Positions 16,779-28,297 of a stretch of DNA of 64,000 nucleotides are shown here, one piece after another. The stretch is from Utricularia gibba (lineage: Eukaryota; Plantae; Magnoliophyta). Below the pieces are notes generated by a model. The model was not told the DNA's origin. It saw only the letters and a list, made by a program, of their open reading frames with translations, and did no database searches. The translations under genes were made by a program, and so were the position numbers. How positions within the stretch are numbered: the stretch's first letter is position 1; the number at the start of each line of letters is the position of its first letter. The DNA is taken from contig NEEC01000004.1 in the NCBI GenBank assembly GCA_002189035.1, positions 4,402,001 to 4,466,000 of the forward strand. Direction: 5' to 3'.

Positions 16779-19419
16779 ATGGCGCAGATGTTTTTCAAGA
16801 GCTTAAGTTCTTTTCAGCTGTATCCATCAGTTTGCACTGCGAGAAAAATTGGTAGGTTCTATTGCTGTGTGAGAGCTGCACATGAACAAACCGCAACGCA
16901 GGAAAGGCAGCCGGCCCAACTGAAAGTTTCAAGCAAGGACTCTGTTAAACTAGAAGAAGTATTGAGAAATTATGAAGCTATCATTGGAATTGAAACTCAT
17001 GTTCAGATCTCCACTACGACCAAGGCTTTTTGTAGTTGTCCCTATAACTACGGGGCACAGCCAAACACTAACGTCTGCCCTACTTGCATGGGATTGCCTG
17101 GGGCTTTGCCGGTTCTCAACTCAAAGGTTATAGAGTATGCTGTGAAGGTTGGATTAGCTCTCAACTGCGAATTATCACTAAGATCAAAGTTCGATAGAAA
17201 GCAGTATTTTTATCCGGACCTTCCTAAAGGTTATCAGATTTCCCAGTTTGACATTCCTATTGCCACTGGTGGATATCTTGATGTTGAAATCCCTCTTGAG
17301 TTTGGTGGTGGCCATAGAAAATTTGGAGTTACGAGAGTTCACATGGAAGAAGATGCTGGGAAGCTACTCCACACTGGAACTCACAAGTTCTCTCAGGAAA
17401 TTGTTTTTCCATTCTCCTTTTATTTAAAAATCTTTCTATTTCTGATTTTAAGTTATGGGGTAGGAAAATGTAGCTTCAAATCCGTACGTGGGCATATACT
17501 GCTTAGCCAAAAGTTGCACGTGTTGTTTAAATTCTGTTGCTATCATGTGGACATTTGTCAGTAGAATTACAATTATGTGAGTCTGTTATTATAGTTAATC
17601 TAAAGTTCATTTGTTTGACAGGTTGACTTGAATAGAGCTGGAGTTCCATTGCTTGAGATTGTGTCTGAACCTGATATGAGAACAGGCATTGAAGCAGCAG
17701 AATATGCTGCAGAGCTGCAAAGAGTAGTCAGATATCTTGGTGTTAGTAATGGGAATATGCAAGAAGGGTCACTTCGTTGTGATGTGAATGTTTCCGTTCG
17801 GCCAATTGGACAACAAGAGTTTGGCACAAAGGCAGGTTCTTCTCATTTGCTTCAAACTCCTTGTTTTTGTTTCTCCAAAAAAAAATTATTTTTTTGTTTG
17901 CACATTGGTGTAGTCAATTGGATGATGCATTCACCCTTTTTGTCTGCAACAGAAATTGCCAAAAAAATTTCGCGCTGTAAAATTTGATTTTCATTGTTCA
18001 TTATAATTCCATTCTTTTCCTCAGAAAATGCCTTCTGCTTAACGTGATTTTTTCTGAATTAACAGGTTGAGATAAAGAACTTGAACTCATTCTCATCAGT
18101 GAGTAGAGCAATTGATTTTGAGATATCAAGGCAGGTTCTGCTCCACAGCCAAGGTCAGGCTGATCAGATTGTACAGGAAACTCGACTCTGGGAGGAAGGT
18201 TCTCAGGTCACATTGCTGTCTATACTTTTCGCTACTCTGGTCATCACATGTGGATATCACACCTACTGATATAGTGTCTTGCCTTTCTAGTAGAAAACTG
18301 TTACAATGAGGAAAAAGGAAGGACTCTCTGATTATCGGTATTTTCCAGAGCCTGATCTTCCAGTGGTATCTCTGACTGATGAATACATCAAGGAAATTCG
18401 TGATTCACTACCTGAACTCCCAGAAATGAAGCGTCAACGATACAAAAGCCTAGGTCTCAGCATGCAAGATGTTCTTTTTCTTGCAAATGATGTCCATGTA
18501 AGCATGTTTTGTTATTAAATCAATCTGTGATTCATCTATTATCAGCTTCAATATTTTCCATTATGGCAATTCTAGGTGGCAGCATTTTTCGATGCAACTA
18601 TTGCAACAGGTGCAGATGTAAAACTGGCTACCAACTGGATCATGGGTGACATTGCTGCTTATCTGAAGAACGAAAAATTAACTATTAACGAGATCAAGCT
18701 GACCCCTCAAGAATTGGCCAAGCTCATTGATTCAATTAAAGGGGAACCATTAGTGGCAAGATTGGTAAAGAGGTACTCACCCACACCTCTTATTTACCCC
18801 GCCTGTGGTTTTTTAATTTTCTCAGGTTTATCATCACTACTGTTTCATTTGTAACTATTTGGTGATGCTGATCAATAATTAGATTGAAAACAAGAGAAGA
18901 TAAAGAAACACATGGCCTTCAAAATAGGATCTTGGAAGATATTTTTGCATAAAGCAGAGATAAATTTTTTATTTCTTCATGTTTGCAATATACAGATACT
19001 TTTGGAACTTATGTCAAACGGTGGAACAGTTGAAGGCCTCATCAAGGAAAAAGATCTTGTCCAGGCAATTGTTCCCCTTGTATTCGATATTAGATGTAAT
19101 ATTTCATTAGAAGGCAACATTCTGAGATGTGAGACGTTCTTTATCTCTTGTTAACCAGATTACTGACCCTTTGGAGATTGAGAAAATAGTCGACAAGGTC
19201 CTTGCTGACAATCCAAAGCAGTTGGAACAGTACAGAGGTGGCAAGACCAAGCTTCAAGGCTATTTTGCTGGCCAGGTTTGCAAGTTTTCTTCACTCCTTG
19301 TTCACAATGAGATAAGTTCTTATAGTTACTGTTTCCAGGTGATGAAAGAGAGTAAAGGCAAGACCAATCCTGGACTTTTGAACAAGATACTTCTTCAGAA
19401 GTTAAATGACAAATCCTGA
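16779..19419 (+). CDS. GATB: Glutamyl-tRNA(Gln) amidotransferase subunit B, organellar
   Basis: Transit peptide then [114 protein letters not shown]. Frameshift at 18741-18744; non-GT donors at 17397, 17832 and 19065. Confidence 0.96.
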
Positions 19420-19672
19420 AGCTTGAAGAGAATAATGAGAAGAATCAGTATTGATGTTCTTAATATTTTCCATGCTAAAACATCATTTGAAATATGAATT
19501 TCTTCCTATATATGGTTCTGACTCTGCATTTAGATTTGCTGCTACTGAAGCAATTGATTCAACCTGTAACTTAGAAAGAATCAACCAACTGTTTTATCAT
19601 GCTTCCTGTTTGAAGAATAACAGCTCTCAAAAAACCAGGAATGAAAAGTACAATATAATTAATCCAACAAAA

Positions 19673-21360
19673 TCAAAGTTCATCATGCGCATGTTGTTCT
19701 AATGGAATGTTTAAGTCTGGAAATGCATTATCGTGCACAGGAACAACATTTTGAGCACCATCTCTGGCAGCAAAAGGTAGGATCAGTTCTTGACCGCCCA
19801 TGCCGGCTTTGACAACATCTAACACCTTTCTCTGCATCTTTAGCACTCCTAATCGTTTGGACACAACATAGAGTACAGCCAGCGAGAAGGCAAGGAATCC
19901 CACAACCAATATCACTCTGTTCAAAACAACATCCAGTCTTACATGAAGGATGCGAAATATGCAAGAGATTGAAAGAAAAGTTGGGTAATAAGTTCATGAA
20001 TCATGCCTGTCAAGAACATCTTGACGTTGCATTGTTGAAAGAAGGTTTCGTGTCCGCGCTAGTAAGGAACGGTGGCCCTTGTACTCTCCTTCAGTTTTCC
20101 CCAAAACTCCAGTCGATTCATCTGTTATGAGCCATGAGTAACAACAGATAATACAGGAGAATGAAAAACCAAACGCAAGCACCCTTGACACACTTTGAAG
20201 CAGTCTCACACATAAAAACAAGTCAGGAGATGTTTAATTAAGCGTATACCATAAACATTTTTGCCCTTTAGATGTTCATAAATTACTCCAGTATTTGGAA
20301 GATGATAACAACAGGCCAATCTCATAGTCTGATATCATCTATAACCTATCCTAACAAATTAGTTCGCAGGAGCATACCAATGGTCATCAGAGTTGTTGCG
20401 GTTCGTTCGACCTCCTGCTCAAACAAAGAAGAAAGAAAATAACTTCAGAATCCTGAAGACAATGCACATCATACAAATTTTATGTTTATACAACCTGAGC
20501 CATGAGCTGGCGAGTACGTCGAAGACTCTCTGTTATGCTTTCAGCAGCAGAAGTCATTCCTGCTTTTGTCCTGAAAACATTTGTTAACCAAAGAACTTAA
20601 AATTTGAACTCCACGGATACACAAAATCAGCACAAACAGATCCATTCCAGAATAGGGGAATTCACATACTGAAAGTCACGCCTTCGAGCTGTTGAATCCT
20701 TGCCACCCCCAAAAGAAGCTCTCTCTGAATCATGAAGACACGATTGTTTAACCTGATCTTCCTAAAGAGACTAAATTTATTTGCATGCACAATCATAAAT
20801 CAGAAACAACGCATAAATTTGTTCAGAAAAACGCAGTTTTTCCATAAAGCACATAAGAAGTTTCTTACATATAATTTGTAAAGCTAATCAAATTCATTTC
20901 ATTAAGATATCCCACCTCCTTCTGAGCAGTTTTCGTCACATTTGCTTTTGCTTGGAAATTCGCATGCCGTAAACTTCTCCTTAAACTTCACAAACACATC
21001 CAAATCTGATCAAGAGATCCAAAAACGACCGAAGAATAAGAAAAACAATCAATGGCACCTCTCAATCTCGTTTTTCCAGTGATCCGCTAAAAATTGTGCC
21101 TTGTCAACATCATCGGGAAATGGGAGCTGTGGCGCAAGAAGATCAAGATTGAACTGATGCGACTGCATCAAGCTCAATCCATCTTGAGCTAAACTATTCA
21201 ATCTGGGCAAAGATTCCGCGTTCTCCACAATACCACTCCCGCTAGCGATTACGGATTCCTTCCCATATTCTTGAATTGAATGGATGTACTTCAGAGTCTG
21301 TCTACAAACATCTTCAAATTCCCTCTTCACCTTTTCCACTTCCGCCGTCACTGGATCCAT
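19673..21360 (-). CDS. SEC20: ER Qb-SNARE SEC20 (BNIP1-like)
   Basis: LPRLNSLAQDGL..LDLLAPQLP; RELLLGG[+G]GKDST.RRR; TKAGMTSAAESITESLRRTRQLM; QDVLDRVILVVGF TM segment; C-terminal HDEL*. Frameshift at 20706-20710; GC donor at 20006. Confidence 0.9.
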
Positions 21361-21716
21361 GGAGAATCATACTGCAGCATTTCAGACGGATGAAATCAAG
21401 AAAGACGGCAAACGGTGCGGGTACTTTCGTGAATCCAGAAGCATTGGAGGGTATTTGTGTCTTTTCATGTCTACAGTAGTAGTCAGTTCATTCTTCAACC
21501 CTTCCTCCTCCGGCTGTTCATTCCCAATGTCGTATTGCTTGTGCAATTCGTCGAACAGGTAATATTTGGAGGTTCCTTTTCGAGTTATTTGTGCTTTCAC
21601 GATTGCTTACTTTCTTCGTTTTTCTTTCGGGGTTTTACGTTTTTAACGGCTGATTTGGGTTTTTTTCGTTCGATTATGGAGGGATAGGGTGAATTGCTTA
21701 CCTATTAACCGGAAAG

Positions 21717-22104
21717 ATGAGCGCTTTCAAAGCGTTTAAAGCCAATGTTCCTGTTGCATGGAGCCCTAATCTGTATATTACACTCGTGAGAGGCATTCCG
21801 GGTACGAGGAGGCTTCATCGACGCACCCTGGAAGCCCTACGTCTCACGAAGTGTAACCGTACCGTCATGCGATGGAATACGCCTACTGTGAGGGGAATGC
21901 TTCAACAGGTTTGTGGGTTTTATGATTGCTTATAAAGGAGGAATCTTTTCTAGTTAATAGTTTCTGTTATGAATGCAGGTTAAAAGACTTGTTGTGATTG
22001 AGACCGAGGAAATGTACAATGTTCGGAAACAGAAACAAGCTGACCACCGAGCTACACGCCCTCCATTGGTTGTCAATCACCAGTTGAATGAAACTGCTAC
22101 TTGA
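21717..22104 (+). CDS. Ribosomal protein L30 family, organellar (mitochondrial uL30-like), 2 exons
   Basis: MSAFKAFKANVPVAWSPNLYITLVRGIPGTRRLHRRTLEALRLTKCNRTVMRWNTPTVRGMLQQ | VKRLVVIETEEMY..QLNETAT*. Confidence 0.9.
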
Positions 22105-22670
22105 ACTAAACTTTTAGTTGGTGAAATCCTTGAACTGTTTTTACGAGGCTATGGAAAATGATGCTGTTTGGTCAGTTTTCATCCATACTGATAACTTCTT
22201 GAGATTCTGTGGGTTCATCCCAATCTGTAAAACACAGATCTTCATAATGTTTGAAGCCTTTGAATGGTCTTGTTGAGCTTTTTTACAGGTTACTCTAATG
22301 TCTTTTTGGGGTTCAGGAAATATATATATAGAAGAATTGAATTATCCAGCAGTTGAATGAAACCGCCACTTAAACTTCATCCATGAAATCCCTGAACTGG
22401 CTTTATTCTTTTACATTGCGCAGCTATGGAAAGTGATGTTATTTGTTCATATTTCATCCCGACTGATAAGTTCTTGGGGAGAGTTTAGGCTCTCAGAAAC
22501 TCTTTCCTTTCGGTTCATTTCGATGCATGAAATGTACATCTTTGTAATGTTTTGCAGCTTACCAGCAGGTGAATTAACCTTTTGCTTCAAATTTATCTGG
22601 TGAAAGTTAGGATCCTCTGGTGTTTTGCAGCTTACTCTAATGTCTTATTAAGCAGTTGAATGAACCCTTG
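22081..22670 (+). repeat. Degenerate tandem triplication of the uL30 stop-codon/3' UTR segment (unit about 270-300 bp)
   Basis: CAGTTGAATGAA starts at 22081, 22350 and 22653; shared downstream blocks (GCTATGGAAA..GATG, TTTCATCC..ACTGATAA) in copies 1 and 2; TTACTCTAATGTCTT at ~22290 and ~22632. Confidence 0.8.
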
Positions 22671-24091
22671 TGGTGGTTCAGCTTGATGAAACTAGGGGTT
22701 GCCCCCTTACTCTAGCAATCGGTTTTGCCGAAAAATTTTGAAAATTGAATCGAACAACCATGTCAAACCAAAAACTAACCAGTTGGGTCGATTGCTTGGT
22801 TCAGGATCTATACAGAATTAGAATTTGAGTTTCCGATGAAAGGTAAAAAATGTAAGATGTGACTGAAGGTCTGTTTATTACAGGTTCTGTTTCAGTAGAA
22901 GTGTTTCAGTAGAAGTATTTCTGGAAGTGATTTTCAAACAAAACATGTACTGCTTGTGATTTACATGAAATTGAAATAATAAATTGTTTAGATTTTTTTA
23001 GAAGCCGGAATACCTCTGTTTCAAAAAAAATTGAAATGTTTTTATAATCACTTATTTAAAATTATTTTTTGAAGCGGAAATAAACAAATCTTGAGTAATA
23101 TTTATATAAATCGATCCCCTTATTTGGTTTATGTAAATTATTTTTTATGTATATTATTTTTATTCGTCTAAAATATGGGTTTTGAGTTTAGAATAATTCT
23201 AAGACTTTTGTAAAATGAATACTTCTATTTATGAGTAAATAAGAATAATTATTTCAATTAAAAAATATAAAGGATGTGTCTCATGTTTAAAAAATCATGA
23301 AGATATTTAATGTTAAAAAAATTAAAATTAAATTGTGATGAAATAGTGTTGAATTGCAAATTATTTATGATAGAAATTGGGTTAGATTTTATTGAAGTAT
23401 GTTTGACTTTGTGAATAATTTTTGCAGATGATTGATAATTTTTTTATTCGTTTATTATCTGAAAAATATTTATTTGTGGCGGAGCATATTAAAAATGTAA
23501 AATTAATTTTTCTTCGGGCTCGTCGTCTGGTTTATCAGGGATGCGAAACCGCCATTGAATGGCGCCACGTGTTTCTCGCTGCTGAATACGCGGCGGCCTT
23601 TCGAAGCAACGGCGCCACTACATAAATCATCGGGAGAGTCCAAACTTTTCAACATTCCCGGAGTTCCTTGAATCCCCACGTTGTAAATTTCGCGCGAGGT
23701 AGGCGTTATTGCCCTGGTTTAGGATACCTGTTTCGGTTTCTGGGTTGGTGTCCCTTTGCGAATTATGGCATTTACTTCGTTCTTTGCTTGATCGAATGTT
23801 TTCAAATGCGGCTGTCGTATATTCTGATGAGTATTTGCTGATGATGCCTGGGAGTGGGCAAAAAGGGTGATTTTTCGGTTGTTTGTGGAATGAATTAAAA
23901 AGTTGGCTTCTGCATACCTTTTTTTCTGCCACTAGGCCTCTCTCGCGGGCTTCCATTAGAAACCCTGATTTCCCTGTGTCAAGTTTCATCTAATGACCTG
24001 ATTTTCATGTTGGCTTTCACTTTTTTATGTCAAAAGGCGCATTTTTGGAAGTCTTAAGCTTCTAGCAAGTGAAAACTAGGGTGTGGATCCA

Positions 24092-26093
24092 ATGCTGCTT
24101 AGGACATCATCTGCACCTGTGGCTCGAAGTCTCTTCTTGCACAGTCCTGACAGAGATGCTGATGCTGGTCTCACCAACTCCAGCAGATCGGCATCTTCAC
24201 AAGAGCATTCTGCCAAGAAAATTTCCTTTGGCCATGGATTGCAGCATTTGTGCTCGGTTTCATGCCACAACTGCTCTTCCAGCAACATCTCTCCGAAGGG
24301 GCCAACGGTTGGGCGGAAAATGATCCGGAGGGCACAATCTGATGGCGACTTGGAAGGACTTGCTCCTCCAGTTCCCTCAGATATTGAAGGGGTTTACAGC
24401 TCGATCATGATGATGAGTAAGTCCTTGAATGACCTGCAGAAAGCAATCTTGGAGGCTGAACCATCATTTGCAATTTATGGGAACGATGATAAGTTTGAGG
24501 AAGTGGCTGATGAAGAGTTGGTAGAGAGGAAAAAGGATAATGAGTCCAGCCTTGAGAGAACTGCTACCATTGGAGAGAGTATTGATTGTCAGTTTTGCTT
24601 TGGTTGGAACGCAATGCAGATCATCAAGGAAGATGATAATGAAGAGGAGGAGATGGAGGAAGAGGAAGACAATCAGTTCAAAGGTCTTGATGGTGATTCA
24701 CACAGTGGAGCAATCGCCAAGGTTGATGCTGAGTTTTTACCATTAGAATGCAATGGTGATCTCGATAGCTATTATAAGAGAATTCTTAAAGAAGACCCCT
24801 CCAATCCATTGTTTCTGAGTAATTTTGGTCACTATCTGGAGGTCAGTCTATTTCAGCTCTTCTTTTTGGTTCTTATAGGTTGATCAGCAGGGTGTCCTGT
24901 CACTGATATATGCAGAAATGTCAGCTTGAATTCAAATACTCAAAAACCATGCATTTCTGCAGACGAAGCAAGATTTTTCTGGTGCGGAGGATTGTTATGC
25001 CCGTGCTTCATTTGCAGCACCACATGATGGTGAAGTGTTGACTAAACATGCTAACCTGTTGTGGGAAGTGAATGGCGATGAAGCTAGAGCCTCCAATTAT
25101 TTCAAGCAGGCAGTTAATGCTGCACCTGAAGATAGGTATCATCATGTCATTTTTAATGTAATTCAAAATTGATTCCTCCTTGAGATTCATTCTCTTGCAA
25201 TATGCTTGAACTCTCTGCCCATCACAACTAATGTATCAAGGCTTCCTCGCTTGTTTCCAGCAATGTTCTTGCTGCATATGCAAACTTCCTCTGGAATACG
25301 GACGAGGGCGAAGAAAACTTGGCCAGCCCTAAGGTGCTTACTAATGTTCAAACAGTGAGGAGTTAGTTCCATTTCACCTGATGCTGTCCACATTTGCAGG
25401 CTGATCGTTCCACAAAAGTGTTCAGAGATGAGGAGAGGCCATCTAGCCCACCTTTGCATTTGGCATGGGGACTGGGAATCAACAATCCATTTGTTGATGG
25501 CATTGGCAATAACTGTAACTACTTGAACCTGTGCTCGGATGATAATCAGGCCATTGAAGACTACTATAAAAGGATGATTGAGGAGAATCCTTACAATCCC
25601 CTGTTTCTTGGGGATTATGCTCGTTTTCTACATCAGGTAACAACTACAGTTTCCCACTGTTGCTTGGACATGCACTACAGAAAGCCAACACTAGTTGCTC
25701 TTGAATTTTAATGGCAGACTAAGGGAGATCTTCAAGGAGCCGAAGAATACTACTCTCGGGCGATACTGGAAGACCCTAGTGATGGACAGACACTGTATCT
25801 TTACGCTGATGTGCTATGGAAACTTTACCGTGACACAGAGAGAGCTGCTTCCTACTACGAACGGGCTACTCAAGCAGCTCCAAATGATTGGTATGAACAT
25901 CCTATGAACACTTTTTTCAGTGCCTGAGGAACCCCTGAACTCATTGTATCCATCACTGTTTTTTGGTTTCAGCAATGTGCTTGCAGCATATGCCAGGTTT
26001 CTATGGGATTCAGAACCAGATGATGATGTGATTCAGCACATTCCAAACCTAATGCCGGCTTCTGTTGTAAGAGCAGCCGTTACAAAAGCTTGA
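24092..26093 (+). CDS. Tetratricopeptide repeat (TPR)-like protein with two tandem TPR modules, 6 exons
   Basis: MLLRTSS start, RRAQSDGDL motif, acidic linker; module 1 YYKRILKEDPSNPLFL..AEDCYARA..NVLAAYANFLW; module 2 SPPLHLAWGLG..YYKRMIEENPYNPLFL..AEEYYSRAIL..NVLAAYARFLW. Confidence 0.85.
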
Positions 26094-26599
26094 GCTGCAA
26101 ATCAAGGATGATTTAGGTGCATAGGTAGTAGCTAGAAGTTGAGGAATAAATTGGGCATGAGCCCCTGGTGACTCTTTGAATACAGGGTTTTGTGTCACTA
26201 AAAATGATTGGGTAAACATAGCAAGAATCTGGAGATGTCAAGTAGGCATGCTCTGGCTATGTACCAGAAATGTTCTGATCTATGACCTTTAGGTCTTTGC
26301 TTAGATCAAATCTCAAAAAAAAGGAGCAGGGTTCAATGATCAAAACTACACAAGATGTCTAAGTAAGCAGAGTTTGCCAGCGAACCAACCTAAGGGAGTA
26401 CCTTCAATCACCATTCCTGTCCATTCATCCGTCTTGGTATTCCGTCAAACATATGAATTCACTCCCATCCAATAGGAACCGATGGGAAGCCATGAAGGGC
26501 TTCGAGTGATTTCCTCAGAAACTCTGTAATAAAAACCTGATCTTGACTTTTCGAAACTGAACTTTCTTTACGAAAAAGATGTTAAGTAGAAATGTTTCT

Positions 26600-27832
26600 T
26601 CATTGCTTCTTTCCTTCAGCAAGGCTGACGCGCATATTGCGCCCTTCGAGTTCCTGAAAACCATTTGAACAAGTTGGAAAATAATGTAACACAACTGCGT
26701 TTTCTTTAAGCTGTGCTTGTTGTTGATTTTCACTAAGGTAAAGTAGATTACAGAGAGGGGATCGTACCACTCCATCAAGCGCTTTAAGTGCAGCTTCCAT
26801 CTCTTCCTTTGTTTCGTAGCTTACAAAGCCGTAGCCACGAGATCTTCCAGTTTCTCCGTCGTACAGAACCCTTGCCCCAACCACATTTCCAAAGTTTTCA
26901 AACGCTTCTTTCAAACTTTCCGAGGAAACAGACCAGGACAGGTTTCCCACAAAAAGTTTGTAGTCTGTTTCTGGATAAAGGGCTCCTTCGGTTTGGGTTG
27001 ATCCGCGAAGTTAACCCTTATTATTCTACCACCATATTCCTACAAGGACACCATTGCAGAAGCACACAATAAGCTGTGATTGCTGGTTTTCAACTTTCTT
27101 TACCATGTTGGGCAAGATTCTTACCGTTTTGTCAAGATTCTGGATGACAATGTTGCATTCTTCCACGCTGCTCATGGTCACAAATGCAAACCCTCTGCTT
27201 CTTCCACTGTTCTTATCGTAGAGAACCTGCAAAATTTTGGTATCGGTACGGCTGTTGTGCTTCAAAATCATAAACAAAAGGAAAATTCGTGTCATTTTGC
27301 TCAACGATACAGACATTCACTTCAGAATCTCTCGTTCATTCATCTTCTTTGAGGCATTTAAGCAAACATGATTACCACACAAAAAAGAGGCAATTCTACT
27401 CCAATTGCTTGTAGAAGTTACCTCAATAAGTTCCGGACTAGCGTACTCCTGAACTATCCCTGCCAGCTGAGAACTATCGCAGCTGTAAGGCAAATTCCCG
27501 AAGTAAAGCTTCGTATTCTCGCCGCCAAGTTCAACAGCCGCTTCATCATCCGGAGCCTCCCCAGCCGTTTCATCCGAGATAGCCAAAGCCATCTCTTCCT
27601 GCGCAAAAGCGGAGGATGTGCGCGAATTCCTCGAAATACGAGAGAAACCTCCAATCGCACTCAACTCGGTTCGAAGATAGCGGGAAACATGATCAAATGC
27701 CGTCGATCTTGAGCACGGGACTCTAGTTAGATGATCGGAAGGAAACGCTTTGAGGCTTACGCATTTGAAGCTGTGCATGGAAGCGGTGAAAGACGAGACC
27801 ACCGCGGCTGCGGCAGTGGCGGCGGCTGCCAT
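26600..27832 (-). CDS. Chloroplast RNA-binding ribonucleoprotein with two RRMs (28 kDa cpRNP-like)
   Basis: Transit peptide; TKLYFGNLPY..RSRGFAFVTM; KPKEP[+C]LYPETDYKLFVGNLSW..RSRGYGFVSY..LEGRNMRVSLAEGKKQ*. Frameshift at 26980-26982. Confidence 0.92.
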
Positions 27833-27920
27833 TTCCTGTTGAAATCCTGCGTAGAAAAGAGATGATCGCAAGATAACTCAACTTCATTACAGAAGCTTGT
27901 GGTAGGCATGTTAGAAAATG

Positions 27921-28080
27921 TGGGCCCCAGGGATATTTCTGACCAATCGAATTGGATGATTACTGGATAAGATTTCCCCTTTTCGCTCTTCAGCTTTGTG
28001 GGCTTATGACGTGAAATAGCCCAATTGTATGAAATAGGTTTTAATAATGAATAATGGGCCTGGTCGCAGTGGGTTGGGCT
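27921..28080. promoter_or_regulatory. Site II (TGGGCY) cluster in the head-to-head cpRNP / methyltransferase promoter
   Basis: TGGGCC 27921, TGGGCT 27999, AGCCCA 28018, TGGGCC 28055, TGGGCT 28075. Confidence 0.6.
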
Positions 28081-28297
28081 CATTTGGCCCATTTATCGCT
28101 TGAGTTGAGACGCGGTTATGGGGAATGTGGGTTCACTTGCTGCATTTTGGATTTTGTATTCGTTTTCGTGCGGAATTTAGAACCCTGATTCCGGCGAATT
28201 GGTGGCATTCTCCAGGTTTCAGTTCCTTCTGAAATAAGTGGGCTCTTCATTTACCTTTCTCTGTGTTCATTGGCTGAAGTTGTCGGGGAAAGCAAAA

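Noticed and set aside
22888-22915. 14-bp tandem duplication TGTTTCAGTAGAAG x2
   Set aside because: Trivial slippage duplication in intergenic DNA.
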